A stretch of 64,000 bases of DNA from Phyllobates terribilis (GCF_046119375.1 NW_027362770.1:179490001-179554000); one strand, 5' to 3'; numbered from the stretch's first letter, positions 36,022 through 48,934 are shown. The notes: generated by a model from the letters alone, not told the origin. Numbers and translations are program-made.

Positions 36022-37349
36022 TGCAAACGATAAAGTGAGTCAGCAATGGCATTCTGGACTCCCGGTACATGAGACACTGTCACATAAGCATTCATGGAAA
36101 GGCAAGTCAGCACTAACTGGCGGAGGACCCTAATCACCGGAGGCGACAATGCTGTAATGTTATTAATTGCACACACGACCCCTATGTTGTCGCAGTTAAA
36201 CCGCACCCTCTTATTCTGAAGTTCCCCCCTCCACAAATATACTGCAACCAAAATGGGAAAAATCTCTAATAGGGCTATGTTTTTTACCAATCCTGATGCT
36301 ACCCAATCTTCAGGCCAACCGGATGCGCACCATTGACCTCTGAAGTACGCCCCAAAACCTGAACTTCCTGCAGAATCTGTGTACAACTCCAAAGTACAAT
36401 TGTCCTGTACTTCCTCCATGAGCAATGAACATCCATTATATTGCTCCAGAAATTTTTTCCACACTACCAAATCATCTCTGTGTTCCGCCGACAAACGAAC
36501 GTAATGATGTGGCGATTCCACCCCCGCCGTAGCGCTGGCTAACCGCCGAGAAAAAATTCTCCCCATGGGAATAATGCGGCTTGCAAAATTAAGTTTCCCA
36601 AGAAGAGACTGTATTTCCCTCAAAGTCATTTTTTTTAACTTCCTAGCGCGCGTCACCTCCTTTTTCAAAGCCGACTCTTTCTCCTCTGGCAGCCTAAATT
36701 CCCAATTAACTGAATCAATTACAATTCCTAAAAAACAAATAGTTGTAGTTGTACCTTCAGTTTTTTCTGAAGCCAAAGGCTCTCCGAAATGACCTGCTAC
36801 CCACTGAATCGCCCTCAACAGAATTTCACAACATGTAGAGTCGCCCGAACCAATGCACAAAAAATCATCCAGATAATGGATGATAGATTCAAGACCGGTC
36901 ACGTCCTGGACGACCAATTCCAGAAATGAACTGAAAGCCTCAAACAAAGAACAAGACAGAGAACAGCCCATGGGCAAACACCTATCCACAAAAAACTCAC
37001 CTCCCCAGTAACAACCCAACAACCTAACACTTTCAGGATGAACAGGCAACAACCGAAACGCTGATTTCACATCCGTCTTAGCCAGCAATGCGCCTTTACC
37101 ACACTGTCTAACCCACCGTGCTGCCTCATCGAATGATGTATAAACCACGGAACACAGTTCCGGATCAATCCCGTCATTAACTGAACTTCCCCGCGGATAA
37201 GAAAGATGGTGAATAAGCATGAACTTATTAGGCTCCTTTTTGGGCACTACCCCCAATGGAGATACTACCGAATTTGAAAAAGGAGGATCGGCAAAAGGCC
37301 CAGCCATACGCCCCAAAGCCACCTCTTTTTGTAACTTCACAGAAACCAC
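35922..37349 (-). pseudogene. DIRS/Ngaro reverse transcriptase-RNase H
   Basis: SPLGVVPKKEP, KTDVKSAFRLLPVHP, CLPMGCS, HYLDDFL and YTDSAGSSGFG motifs. Confidence 0.9.
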
Positions 37350-37381
37350 CTCCGCCTACTGATCTGCTGATCTAAGATTTT

Positions 37382-39389
37382 TCAGCACCCGGATGGAGGT
37401 GGAGGAATTTTAAAACCATCAGCAAAACCTGATAATAACACTGCAGCTTTTTCCCTATCAGGAAACCTATTTAGATATAAGGGTGCATCGTGGTTAGGTT
37501 CACCGGTGTCTCCCCCTTGAGAATTGTTGGCCCCTGACTTGGCTTTCTTTTTGAAACACCTGGCAGCGCCATGTGATGAGCCATTGCAGTGCGAGCAAAG
37601 ATGCTTAAACCTGCAGTTGGCCCCAAATTTACACTGGCTGTCGTTGAACTGCCAATATAAACTCGGTTTTTGAGTTCCTGACTGCCCGGATGTGCCTCCA
37701 CTCCCCTGCGTACTAGATTGACCAGCAGAATGGCCGACAAAACCGGCCCCTCCGTGAAAGGAATGCCCTAGTCTAGAAGGAGCCATCACCCATAACCAAA
37801 GGCCAATGTCCTTCTGATCCCACCCTATGGCAGGACGAATAGCTTTCCTCTGACGAAACTGCTCGTCATACCGAAGTCATGTCTGTCCCCCGTAAGTCCT
37901 ATGGGCCTCCCCAATAGCGTCCATATAGCAAAACAAGGGAGAGCAATTCTCCAGTGCTTTCTCACCTATCACGCTCGCCAAGATGACGAATGCCTGCAGC
38001 CAATTAGTAAAAGTCTGCAGGATTAAACGCCACCTTTTCTTTTCTTCGTCCTCCTTCCTACTATCAACCTTTTTACTTCTATCCAGGTTAAATTTCACCA
38101 GAGGCAGAAGAGAAAAAATTTCTACGTATTCATCTTTCCAAATTTTTCCCTCACCTCTTTCTTAAGGTGTGCCCCTAACGGACCTTCAAAACACACATAA
38201 ACCTCCACGTGAGCCCTATCGTCCAAATTAATTCTACACTCCTTTTCTTTCTCTGTCTGCACCGACACCGAAATGGGCTCGGGCAATTGACTCTCGCCCC
38301 CAAGTCTATTACCCACACTGCTCAGCCCGCCCAATTGCGGGCTCATCCATGCAGCTAAATGGCCCGAAGCGGCACTACTACCCCTTTCCAGACGCGACAA
38401 TAACTCCCTCACATTTGCTAATACTTCACTCACCCCTACGCCAACCACCCCCATCTGTCACTGACTTGTACCCCCAGCCACCGACCCCGGATTAACACTT
38501 AAGCCTGGGGATAGAAAATTCTGGGGTAACGAACAAGACATAGAACACAACTAACCAGGCTGTGGAGGAACTGTGGCCCCCCCAGCCGACATTCCTGAAT
38601 CCAGCCGTCCGTCCCGTCTTCCGATTCTTCCCGATTTCCCGATGAATCCTCCGCCTCTTGTGGCCCGAACACCGCTGATGCAATGGATCACGCCGACGCA
38701 GCCCTGTAAGGCCGAAAGTCACTGGCATGCACTGATGTTGAAAAAGGACCAGAGGGCTGTGTATGTGAGGACACATCATTATCACCCAGCCCCTTGCCCG
38801 CTCTGACCCCTGCCTGTAAGGTCTGTGTGCTAGTGGCCTGCGTGTCTGGTCCTGAATTTAAAGCAGCCCACGGACTGCCTATGAGGGCCAGTAATAACAC
38901 TTGCCTGTTATCACCACTCGATTGCTGCCCATCCTGGATGATCCTGCTGTCTTCTGTGTCTGAGGAGGCGGGCCGCCCGACAGGAGCATTGCCGTGGCGA
39001 CCCCCCATGACTTCACTGGTACCATCGGCCCTGAGGCGTGTAGACTCCGCCCCTGATACGGGCTGCGGCCTACTAACCGCCGCATGACACGTGCCGGCGG
39101 GGGCGGATTCCTCCCAGACCGGGGTCTGCTGCTGCGCTTCCAGCCTGGCACCCAGCCTGGAGGGTCCCAGGAGGGGGTTCTGCGCCTGCGCAGTGTCTGG
39201 GGAGCCAGGTCGGGCGACAGCCTATCAGGAGGCCGCGCCCGACGGGAACGCCGCTCCGGCCATGCTGTCACAGGCACCGTCCCCGCTCCCCCTCCGATGA
39301 TCGCCGCTACATGCTTCTCAAGCTATCCCGCATGGGTGTGACTCTGCAGCCGTCCTCAGGGTTTCCAAGAGCTGTGCTGGTCCGCCATA
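37382..39389 (-). pseudogene. Ngaro gag-like ORF, fragmented
   Basis: EVYVCFEGPLGAHL, QTFTNWLQAFVILASVIGEK and a C-terminal Cys/His cluster (CKFGANCRFKHLCSHCNGSSHG). Confidence 0.75.
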
Positions 39390-39843
39390 AGGTATTCATA
39401 GGACGGTATGGGGGAGACAAAACACTACCCCTGTGAGCAGGAATCTATATAATGAACCCCCTTAGTACATGCCGCAATGTAGGCACGCGTTTTGAGATGG
39501 TAGGCATGCCCCCAACCCTGGTAAGACAGGCTCCAGGGATATGTGAAGCAACTCTGAGATGTGTTGCATTCCACCTCGGCGCTTACGTTCCACGGGCCGG
39601 ATATACGTCACAGGGAAACCGGAAGTGACCCGTAATATCGGCCGTGAGTGCATGTGCAGTAGGAGACTCTGCGCTCCAGCGTGCGTGTTAGGAAGCAGAC
39701 ACAAGCACGATGGTAGAGCGCAATACCGGAGGGACACGGGCACCGGAAATACACATCACATGGCAGGTCTGGCGGTCAGCATATAAAGTGTATGCAATCT
39801 ACTAACAGTCAGACATTTCTTGAAGATAGCATAAGGCTCTAAA

Positions 39844-39875
39844 CTCCCCTGAAGAATAAGGAAACGCGTCGGGAG
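39844..39875 (+). ncRNA. Minimal type I hammerhead ribozyme motif within a probable Penelope pseudo-LTR (about 39480-39900)
   Basis: CTCCC-CTGAAGA-ATAAG-GAAA-CGC-GTC-GGGAG: perfect 5-bp stem I, intact core, GUC cleavage triplet, palindromic ACGCGT. ATATAAAG lies about 60 bp upstream. Confidence 0.75.
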
Positions 39876-40969
39876 CCGAAGCATGGTATAACCTGCACTG
39901 ACACCAATGAAGGAGACTTCATGACAGATAAGTCTGCCTACACATATATAAAATTGGTGAAATGGTCCAATAAGTATGCCAAATTATTCAATTCCACTAG
40001 AAACCGAGGGCGGCTAAGACAGTCTGATAAGCAGCAGGGTTGTGCAATAATTGATAATGTATTAGTTATGACATTGTAATTGAGGCTTATGGTATTTTAG
40101 TGCTTCATGTACTGTTTTTTGTCCATCTGTATAATTCTGACTGAAGAAGGGTGTACGATATTTACTCACTCCGATCCCTTAATCAAGTGGGATAATGAGA
40201 GTGTTTGCTAATTAGAAATAAAATATAGAAAGCACATCCCATTTAGAAGTGCTCGAGTCGTGGCATAATGATTGAGTGATTATCAGTAAGCCTTCTGATC
40301 CTCCTGTAAAAAAACAGGGTATATTAATAGGAAATTGCGCAGTCAGTTCAATAACTTGGTCTCAGAAAAGTGTAATTCCAGGAGTATTGTTTGTCTTCTT
40401 CATCAGGTTGCATAGATTTATATCGGAGGTTTTATATGCACGGTGCACTTTTTGGGCGATAATTCTATGTTTTTACTATAAACAAATAAAACATTGATAT
40501 TTTAACCTCTTGCTATTACCTTCTGATTGATAATTGAGTTTATCTATATTAGCTGAATTGCACGTTACAACAGTACAACCAATAACCGCTGCAATAACAG
40601 CAAGAACCATAAACACATTGCCCCATATCAGTACAATCAACAGTAGCGGCCCGATGGCCATAACATCACAAATATCCCAATAATAGCAGTAACCAGTGCG
40701 ACAATAACAGTAATAATTGTAGGCACACGTGAAGGTTCAGCACCTCTGTGACCGGTCAAAATCTAATTAGAAAGTCAAGGTATCGCCTACAGGGAAGTTT
40801 CAAGAATTCAGAACTAAGGTGTGTCCTTACAGGAATGTCCTGGGGAGGAGGCTGACGTATTGCTCATCAGTAGGAGGCTTCGTCCTCCTTTGTACATTAG
40901 AAGTTTCTGTCTCCAGGTGACATCACTGTTATACAAACAAAAGAATACTGCAGCCACTGTAAGTGCTAA

Positions 40970-41935
40970 GGCCTCATTCACACTGCATGTTTAAACACAT
41001 ACGTGAAAAATAGTACTGATGTCATCAGTGTTGTGCATCAGTGTGTCCTTTTTTATCATCAGTGTGTCATCCATCCGTGTGTCCTTTTTTACCATCAGTG
41101 TGTTATGCATCCGTGTGTCCTTTTTTACCATCAGTGTGTCATCCGTGTGTCCTTTTTGCCATCAGTGTGTCCTTTTTGTACCATCAGTGTCATCCGTGTG
41201 TTCTCTTGTACCATGAGTGTCATCCGCGTGTCCTTTTGTATCATCAGTGTGTCATCCGTGTGTTCTTTTGTATCATCAGTGTGTCATCCGTGTGTCCTTT
41301 TGTACAATCAGTGTGTCATCCGTGTGTCCTTTTGTATCATCAGTGTGTCATCCATGTGTCCTTTTGTATCATCAGTGCGTCATCCGTGTGTTCTTTTGTA
41401 TCATCAGTGTGTCATCCATGTGTCCTTTTTTACCGTCAGTGTGTCCTTTTTCACCATTAGTGTGTCATCCGTGGGTCCTTTTTACCATCAGTGTGTCATC
41501 CGTGGGTCCTTTTTACCATCAGTGTGTCATCCGTGTGTCCTTTTTACCATCAGTGTGCCATCAGTGTGTCCTTTTGTACTATCAGTGTGTCATCCGTGTA
41601 TCCTTTTGTACCATCAGTGTCATCAGTGTGTCCTCTTGTACCATCAGTGTGTTCTTTTGTACCATCAGTGTGTTATCCATGTGTCCTTTTGTACCATCAG
41701 TGTGTCATCCGTGTGTCCTTTTGTACCATCAGAGTGTCACCCGTGTGTCCTTTTGTACCATCAGTGTGTCCTCCGTGTCTTTTTGTACCATCAATGTGTC
41801 CTCCGTGTGTCCTTTCGTACCATGACTGTGTCATCCGTGTGTCCTTTCGTACCATCAGTGTTTTATCTGTGTGTCCTATCGTACCATGACTGTGTCATCA
41901 GTGTGTCCTTTTTTACCATCAGTGTGTCAGCCGTG
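40970..41935 (+). repeat. About 30-bp minisatellite (CCATCAGTGTGTCATCCGTGTGTCCTTTTTGTA-like) behind a Harbinger-like end
   Basis: TAA-GGCCTCATTCACAC start followed by the degenerate array. Confidence 0.85.
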
Positions 41936-43254
41936 TTTTTATTTAACATGCCTTTTTTCAAGCTCCAGATAAAAGCCTATAGTGAAAAAGAACCAAAACC
42001 GCACAATTCAGCAGCGTTTTAGATGATAAATAGAGTTTTAATGAAACCACATCCACCTTTGTTGGGCATTTAGACCATGTTCACATGCATCGTAAATGCT
42101 GCAATTTTTTTTTTTCCTGGTGCTTTTTTTTTTGGCACAGAAAACAAACACAGTTGCATTTTTAAGTGCAGAATCAAAACTTATTTGTATTATAAAAAAT
42201 GCATTAAAAAATTGTTCAAATCTGCACCAAAAACGCGTCAAATAATGGGGAAAAATCATAAAAAATGCACAAAAATGCAATAACCAGAGAAGGTTGTTAT
42301 AGTGTAGTTTAGTATGGACACATGCAGATAACATGCAGAAAAAATGCAGCATTTATGCTGTGTGTGAACACCTTATAGATGTGTTTTGGAAAAATGGTGC
42401 TTAAAAAAACTACAGTTCATCTTGCGAAAAATCAAAACCTCAAATTGTGAAGATTACGTAAAAATTAAAAAGTTCTAACTCCTACAACTATGAATAAATG
42501 AACCAAACATAAATTTATAGGTCCATCCATCCTGGATGCGACCTGCAGTCCTGGGTGACTCCTGAATGTTCCTCACTGCCACCCCCCTCTGACATTTCCT
42601 GCCAAGTTGAAAAGAAATGGTAATTGGGTATGGCTAATGAGCTTGATTAGGGGACGAAATTAAAATTTTGCATAGAGCACATATATTTTGTCCCGCTTTC
42701 TCTTCTGTAAAAGCTGGGAGCTATAGTATTTGTTTGGCATGTGCGACTACTAAAAGGGGTGTATAAAAAAAGGAGTTTATGAAATGTACACTTTGTGAGG
42801 TAAGTAGTCACAGCTACACTGCTCAGTACTGCGGTATGAATTTGTCACTTCACTCTCATTTGGCAGGTAAATTCAATTAGCATTGAAGTTATTAGATGCC
42901 AATTGAATGTTCCTTGTGTTGCTCTGGGGGTCCCTACACATCCCAGACCATAAATAAAATTGATACTCACCTTGGTGCTCTATCACCTGTCCTGATGCCT
43001 CCACAACTCCCCATGCGTGAAGCTCCATCTTGCCTCTTCATTCTTTATAGACCTCTACTGCCATCGTCCCTCTGTACTGGGTTTCTGGTGCCGATTAGGC
43101 AGCTGACATCCCAACGCCGGTGATGTACAGGGGAAGTACAGCGGAGGAAAGACAGACCACCTCTAAAACCTTTCCCGGCCAACTACAATTTAATAAAGAA
43201 TTATTGAAGCCACAATTTTTCTGAGCCCCCCCAAAAAAATGGATTCAGGATGAA

Positions 43255-43618
43255 CGCGACCAATTAGCAAAGCTGTGTTTAAATTTGGCATCAATAATGC
43301 TGATTGGTCGCGGCCTGCGGCCTCGACCAATCAGCAGAGCGGTGTTTAAATTTGGCGCACATAATGCTGATTGGTTGCGGCCGGCGACCGCGACCAATCA
43401 GCTAAGCAGTGTTTAAATTTTGCGCCAATAATGCTGATTGGTCGCGGCTGGCGGCCGCGACCAATCAGCAGAGCGGCGTTTAAATTTGCCGCCCATATCG
43501 CTGATTGGTCGCGGCCGCGACCAATCAGCGAACCGTGTTAGTGAGTACTGGAGAGCGAGTTTAAATTTGCCGCCCAAATCGCTGATTGGACGCGGGCGGC
43601 GGCTGCAACCAATCAGCG
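43255..43618. repeat. Tandem array (about 66-bp unit, 5-6 copies) of palindromic CCAAT pairs
   Basis: GCTGATTGGTCGCGG..CCGCGACCAATCAGC hairpins separated by GTTTAAATTTG spacers. Confidence 0.9.
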
Positions 43619-43764
43619 TCGTATTAGCGAGGACTGGGGAGCGGCGCTGCCTGTGCAGGTACTTCCGCTGCGAGCAGCTGGGAGATGAGCGGCTGCTCGC
43701 AGCAGAAGCATCCCGACCGGCGGCACCGCTCCCCGGTCCTCCGTTCACACTTGCCGTCGGGAGA

Positions 43765-44335
43765 TCAGCGGTCTGTTTAGTGGAGCGTTTGGCCTGTAGG
43801 ATACAGCAGTAGGAGGGACTTCAGAAATGTTCTTGTTACCCTTCTTATTTTATTACATTAATTATAGGGTTTACCTAAAATCAGACTGTGTTGATCTTAT
43901 TATTCTAGGTTAGATAATAAAAATATGTTTCTTACTGGCTTCATCAAAAGAATGAAACCTACAGAACCTCGGGAGAGATCTCATTAAAGTGTATTTTCCT
44001 GGACTGTATAAATAAGGTATAATGTGTTCAAAGGTGTTGTCCAAAAGTAGAAAAAAACATGTTGGCTTGATCTACTAAAAACCACACTCCTCCATGGGTT
44101 GTGTTGGATATTACAGGCAACCCAATTTGACTTGCAATATCACCAACCACCTATGGACAGGCGTGGTGTTTTTTTCTGATAGAAAGCACACATATTTTCT
44201 AATTATTGACAATCTTGAGATGTAAAAGAATAAAAAAAACTAAATCTTTATTCTCTACCAGTTTTGTTTGCTGATCTCAACCAATCCTCAAGTTTTCTGA
44301 TTACAAGCTGTTGTTTCAACATTGCTGTGCATTAT
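43765..44335 (+). pseudogene. Orphan paralogous TRIM 3' flank/UTR with no coding sequence
   Basis: Collinear with 8710-9235 and 19500-19725 (TAGGATACAGCA, TTACATTAATTAT, GAACCTACAGAACC, TTTTCCTGG.CTGTATAAATAAGG, CCATGGGTTGTG, TTTTCTAATTAT). Confidence 0.85.
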
Positions 44336-44699
44336 GTTAATTTCTGACCCCTGACAAAGCATTAGCGAAACGCTCGTTATCTTTCAGGATGTCTAACTAG
44401 TGTTGGCATTTTTACCTTATGTATACTTTTCTGTATATATTTGATCACTCCTACATTTTTGTGAAAAGTTTTTTTTATTATACTTTCTATCTTTGGAATT
44501 TACCATTAATCTCCCTCATTACTATTAGGTATTAAGGTACTTTTAATGTTATTTTTCAAACAGGTATCTCTCAATATCTTCAGGTCAACTACTTTTTCAG
44601 TGCTCACCCACCTTCTACATATCTGTTTATTAATGGTAACTTAATGTTAATCTTACACCGCATCTTGCATTGTTATCTCTCGGTATTCAAGATATTCCT

Positions 44700-45200
44700 T
44701 TTCAATTTAGACACATAATTATTCATATTTTATTGTGTTGCACAGCTTCTGGATACCCACAGTTGCGGTAGAAACTTCACAGAGCAGATTATATAGGATA
44801 ACAAGCTTTTCCTTCTCAGAACATGAGGTAAAGGAAACAACGCACAGTCACTCAGTACTGCACCAGGAAGTAAGAACAAAACAGAATAAACAAGAGAGAC
44901 TTTTTTCTTTTTACAATACAGGAAACAAGAAAACTTTACACAACATCACCATCTACTGTCAGATCAGCATAAAGTCCTCCTTCACACAAACAAAGAAATC
45001 CACAACTGTTGCATATACCAGCATATTGGTCATTTAATTACTGATTGCTTCAAGGTGGAAACAGAAGGATATTTCCAAAATTTCAGATATTAAAGAGAGA
45101 ATTTCTACTCATAGAGTTTTTGAACTCTTTCTTGCATTAAGAGAGAACAAATTTACAACATATACCAAGAGATGGCAGCTTTGGAATAACGTTTTTCCTC
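44700..45200 (+). mobile_element. L1/Tx1 ORF2 C-terminal fragment
   Basis: Manual translation gives LIASRWKQKDISKISDIKERISTHRVFE..TYTKRWQLW, resembling the L1 ORF2 C-terminus. Confidence 0.5.
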
Positions 45201-45619
45201 CTTCCCCTAAGTTGGATGTATAGATATATGTTGATTAACCTAGAACAGGACAAGACAAGCCAAGTTTCTTCATCCTCGACAAACTCAACTATTAAAGGAC
45301 TTTTTCAGAATCTAAGTTTAATATACTGGTTGGACATATGATCCCTAACCAGGGGCTGGCTGGCAAATTTTGGCCAGACTCTTAGCAGTGGCCCACAAGT
45401 TGTGGTGGCCCATTTTAACCTACTGCATAAAATCAGCAAAGGTAACAAAGCTTTGAAAAATGTTTAGGGTACCAGAAAGGATCCCTTATTGGGATCTAGC
45501 AGACATGTGCAATCCTATATACATTATTGATCTGTTAATAACATCGTAATCATTCAGAAGCAAGAATTAGTTTTACTTATTTTCCATTAGTTGTAGGTGA
45601 TGCAGAACAAATCAATCTG

Positions 45620-46392
45620 TAACATAATTTACCGTGCGGGCTCCATTCCAGCGGTGTCAGCATTCGCGGTCCCGGGGCTCTAGTGCGGTGGAATGACACA
45701 TGGTGTCCGATGCCCAATCAGGGCTGGTGTCACTATCCCTGCCTTCGTACGGATTGATCATGAAGAGGAAGCCACTGCTGCAGCTGATCCCAGACTTCCT
45801 CTTCATTTTCAATCCATATGAATGGTGGGGACAGTGATGCCAGCACTGATTGGGCGCCGGACACCATGTGTCATTCCACCGCACCAGATCCCCGGGACTG
45901 CGAATGCTGACACCGCTGGAATGGAGCCGGCACGGCAGGTGAGTATAGGGATTTTTTATCAGGGCCAAACATTTGTATCTTTTCCGTTTTTACCATCAAT
46001 GTTTTTCACAGATGGATAAATAAATTACAAATCTTCTCCTATCCATTCAATATTAAGGGCGCTGTCCACAATTCGGACAACCCCTTCTGAATACCTGTGC
46101 TTCTCCCCAGTAAAATAAATGCACCTACTCACCTCCGGTGCTGGCACCATTCCTGCCATGTCAGCACTGGCTCTCCCGGTGATCGTGTCACATTATAATG
46201 TCACGCAATCACTGCAGACAATCAGCGCTGGTTTCCCTTTCCCCTTCTTAGGACAAATCCAGTCATCCGGAGGAAGGGAGAGCTGCTGAAGCAACGGTGC
46301 CGGCACAGGAGGTGAGTACAGGTGTTATTGTTTTACTGGTGGAAAACATAGTGATTGAGAAGGGGTTGTCTGAGTAGTGGAGAACCCCTTTA
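45620..46392. mobile_element. Two palindromic Kolobok/T2-like MITEs (about 45620-45960 and 46055-46392)
   Basis: Foldback structure and ACTCACC/GGTGAGTA arms like those at 15521-15983; the second ends in ACCCCTTTAA. Confidence 0.7.
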
Positions 46393-48071
46393 AACAAGGA
46401 CAGCACACTGATACCATTTGTGTGCTGTACGTGTTTTTCACAGACAAGTAGACTTGTATTACCACTTTTCATTCATGCTGCTGGAAAATAAAAGAAAAAA
46501 ACACACACGTTTCTGTGAGTTTTGCATGGACACAAGGTTCATGAACAAACATGGACATGTAAACTGCCCCATAAACTATAATGGGTACTTTTGTATCTGA
46601 AAAACACAGAACATGCTACACAGACGTCTGAATGAGACCTTACAAACGCACACAGACACATTATATATACAGTAAATATTGTTTTACTTGGTCATTTACC
46701 CAGAAACTGATAACTTCAAGCAAAAAAAAATAGATTAAGTAGATAAAGAGCTTTGCTATCTCTGGCTCTCCTATTGAGAATGAACGGAGCACACGCTCAA
46801 CCTCTGAGTAATTCTTGGGATCACTGGGGGTCCCATCTGGAAATTATCCCCTACTCTGTGGCACAACAGCTTTAAAGGGAACCTATGAGCTGATTCATGC
46901 TGCCCAAACTGCAGGCGACATGAACCCGATCCTGGCTGCACGATTGCTGCTAGATATACTTTTCCTGTTAATATAGTTAGAAGATCTGGCTGGAGACGAC
47001 AGGGAGAGACGAGACTAGCCCAGCGCCGCCGCCAGCCATGGTTTGGGCTTCACAAAGAGGCAAATTTCCGTTTTTAAGTTTTGTTTTTTTCCTCCCCTTC
47101 TTACCAGAGCCATAACTTTTTTATTTTTCTGTCCACATCGCCGTATGAGCGCTTGTTTTTTTGCAGGACAAATTTTACATAGTATGCTGGAAAACAGGAA
47201 AAAATGCCAAGTGAAGTGAAATTGTGAAAAAAAGAACGCAATTCTGACATTGTTTTTTGGGAATTGATTTTACTGTGTATATTGTGCGGTAAAAATGACC
47301 ATGCAATCTGATTCTCCGCATCAGTACAATTACGGCGATGCCAAAGATGTCCGGTATTTTTATTATCTTAGTGGTGGAAAAAAAAATCAGAATTTTGAAG
47401 AAAAAAATGTTTTGGGTTGTGTTGCCATTTTCTGAGACCTGTAACATTTTTATTTTTTGGCCTATAGATCTCTGAGACAACGTTTTTATTGATACCATTT
47501 TGAGATAGATGTGACTTTTTGGTCGCTTGTTACAACATTTTTTGTCGTATTTTAGCGACCAAACAAGTGTCATTTTGGCGTTCTTGAATTTATTCCATTT
47601 ACGGAGATTACCGATCAGGTTAATTATTTTTATATTTTGATAGATTGGACTTTTCTGAACGCAGCGATACCAAATATTTATTTTTATTATCTTTCTTTTT
47701 GATAGGGGGAGATGGGGGTGATTTGAACTTTCGTTCTTTTTTATTTTTTAAAACTTTTTATTTTTACTTTTCATTGTTCTTATTAGTGTTCTTTGGGGAC
47801 TTGAACCTGCAATCGTCGGATAGCTTGTGCTATATGCAACAACGCCACAGTATTGCTGCATATAGCAGGAATCACAGTCTCTTTTGAAGACGGGCCGCAG
47901 GGAAGGTTTCAAGGGAGCTCCGGAATGACAAGTATGGAGGTCTTTAACAGACCCCCGCCTGCCATAGCAAACTGTCGACGACCCTCGATCACTTCATGAG
48001 CACAAAGAATGATGTGGTACCATGCCAGTGCGTGTTAAATGCCGCTGTCCGAGTTGGTAAGGGGTTAGTAG

Positions 48072-48300
48072 TAGTGTTGAGCCACCCCCGTAGTGTTCGA
48101 GTTCGGTTCGGTTCGTCGAACTCCCTTGTGTTCGCCGAACTGTTCGTCGAACACCTTCGAACACCGTTAAAACCAATGGCAGGCAAACAAAAACACATAG
48201 AAACACATAGAAAACACCTTCAAAGGTGTCCAAAAGCTGACAAACTGCTCAGAAGACATAACTAACACATGGAAAAGTGACAAGTACATATAGTCATGCG
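48072..48300 (+). mobile_element. hAT left-end fragment (TAGTGTTGAGC type)
   Basis: TAGTGTTGAGC followed by GTTCGA/GTTCGG subterminal repeats. Confidence 0.6.
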
Positions 48301-48565
48301 AAAAGAAAAGAGGTGGAGGAGTAAAAGGAGGGGGAGACACAGATATTGGCATGTCATCCCCTTCTAAAATCCAAAAAGTGAGAAACCGACACGGCCAGTC
48401 TGTTCCTGCCCGTGCCACCTCCGTGTCGCCGGGTTTGTGCCAGAGCCGCGGTGGACCCTGACGGCCAGCCCCACTCTCCCAATACTGGTGCCTGTCCGCT
48501 GGTGAGTCGAGCGAGCCCCCCTGTGGTGGAGGCAGCTCTAAGCTTTTTAATTTAAATTGTCTCTC

Positions 48566-48867
48566 TAATTTGAATGAATACACTTTAAATCCTTTTACAA
48601 GGATCTATTGGAGGGCAAGTCTCATGCCAGCAGCCGCGTAATTCCAGCTCCAGTAGCGTCCACTAAAGCTGCTGCAGTTAAAAAGCTTTTATAAGGATCG
48701 AGCTCGGCTGTCCACCGCAAGGCGTCCTACCGCCAGTCCCAGCCCCTATGCCTTGGGATGCCTCCTGATGCTCTTCACTGAGTATCCCGTGGTCCTGAAG
48801 CATTTCCTTTGAAAAAATTAAGTGTCCAAACTGCAGGTGGTGTAGCTTGCTTAACAGCTGGGATAAT
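48566..48867 (+). pseudogene. Decayed 18S rRNA fragment (about 300 bp, 530-loop to V4 region)
   Basis: CACTTTAAATCC, ATTGGAGGGCAAGTCT, TGCCAGCAGCCGCG, TAATTCCAGCTCCA, GCTGCAGTTAAAAAGCT and TTTGAAAAAATTA, with many substitutions and indels. Confidence 0.92.
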
Positions 48868-48934
48868 CCGCTGACTAGCAGACACTGCTACTAGGCACAA
48901 AGTATTTCCTGGGATAGATGCAGTTAAAAATTTG

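Larger units (their letters stand above)
31520..39400 (-). mobile_element. Ngaro-like (DIRS order) tyrosine-recombinase retrotransposon: gag, RT/RNase H, YR, SGNH hydrolase
   Basis: ORF order and motifs listed in the separate entries below. The split direct repeats were not resolved by eye, so boundaries are approximate. Confidence 0.85.

Noticed and set aside
31520-39470. Split direct repeats expected for Ngaro elements
   Set aside because: No matching segment between the 5' and 3' ends was found by eye; a dot plot is needed.
41003-42022. 339-aa Cys/His/Val-rich ORF
   Set aside because: Minisatellite artefact.
44345-44380. Additional hammerhead-like motifs (CCCTGACAAAGCATTAGCGAAACGC here; CTGATGA on the minus strand near 40870 and 50975)
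   Set aside because: Core nucleotides are mutated, or the GAAA/stem I partner is missing. At best these are decayed Penelope remnants.
48566-48867. Functional 18S rRNA gene
   Set aside because: Only about 300 bp, with indels in universally conserved motifs and no ITS or 5.8S/28S neighbours.
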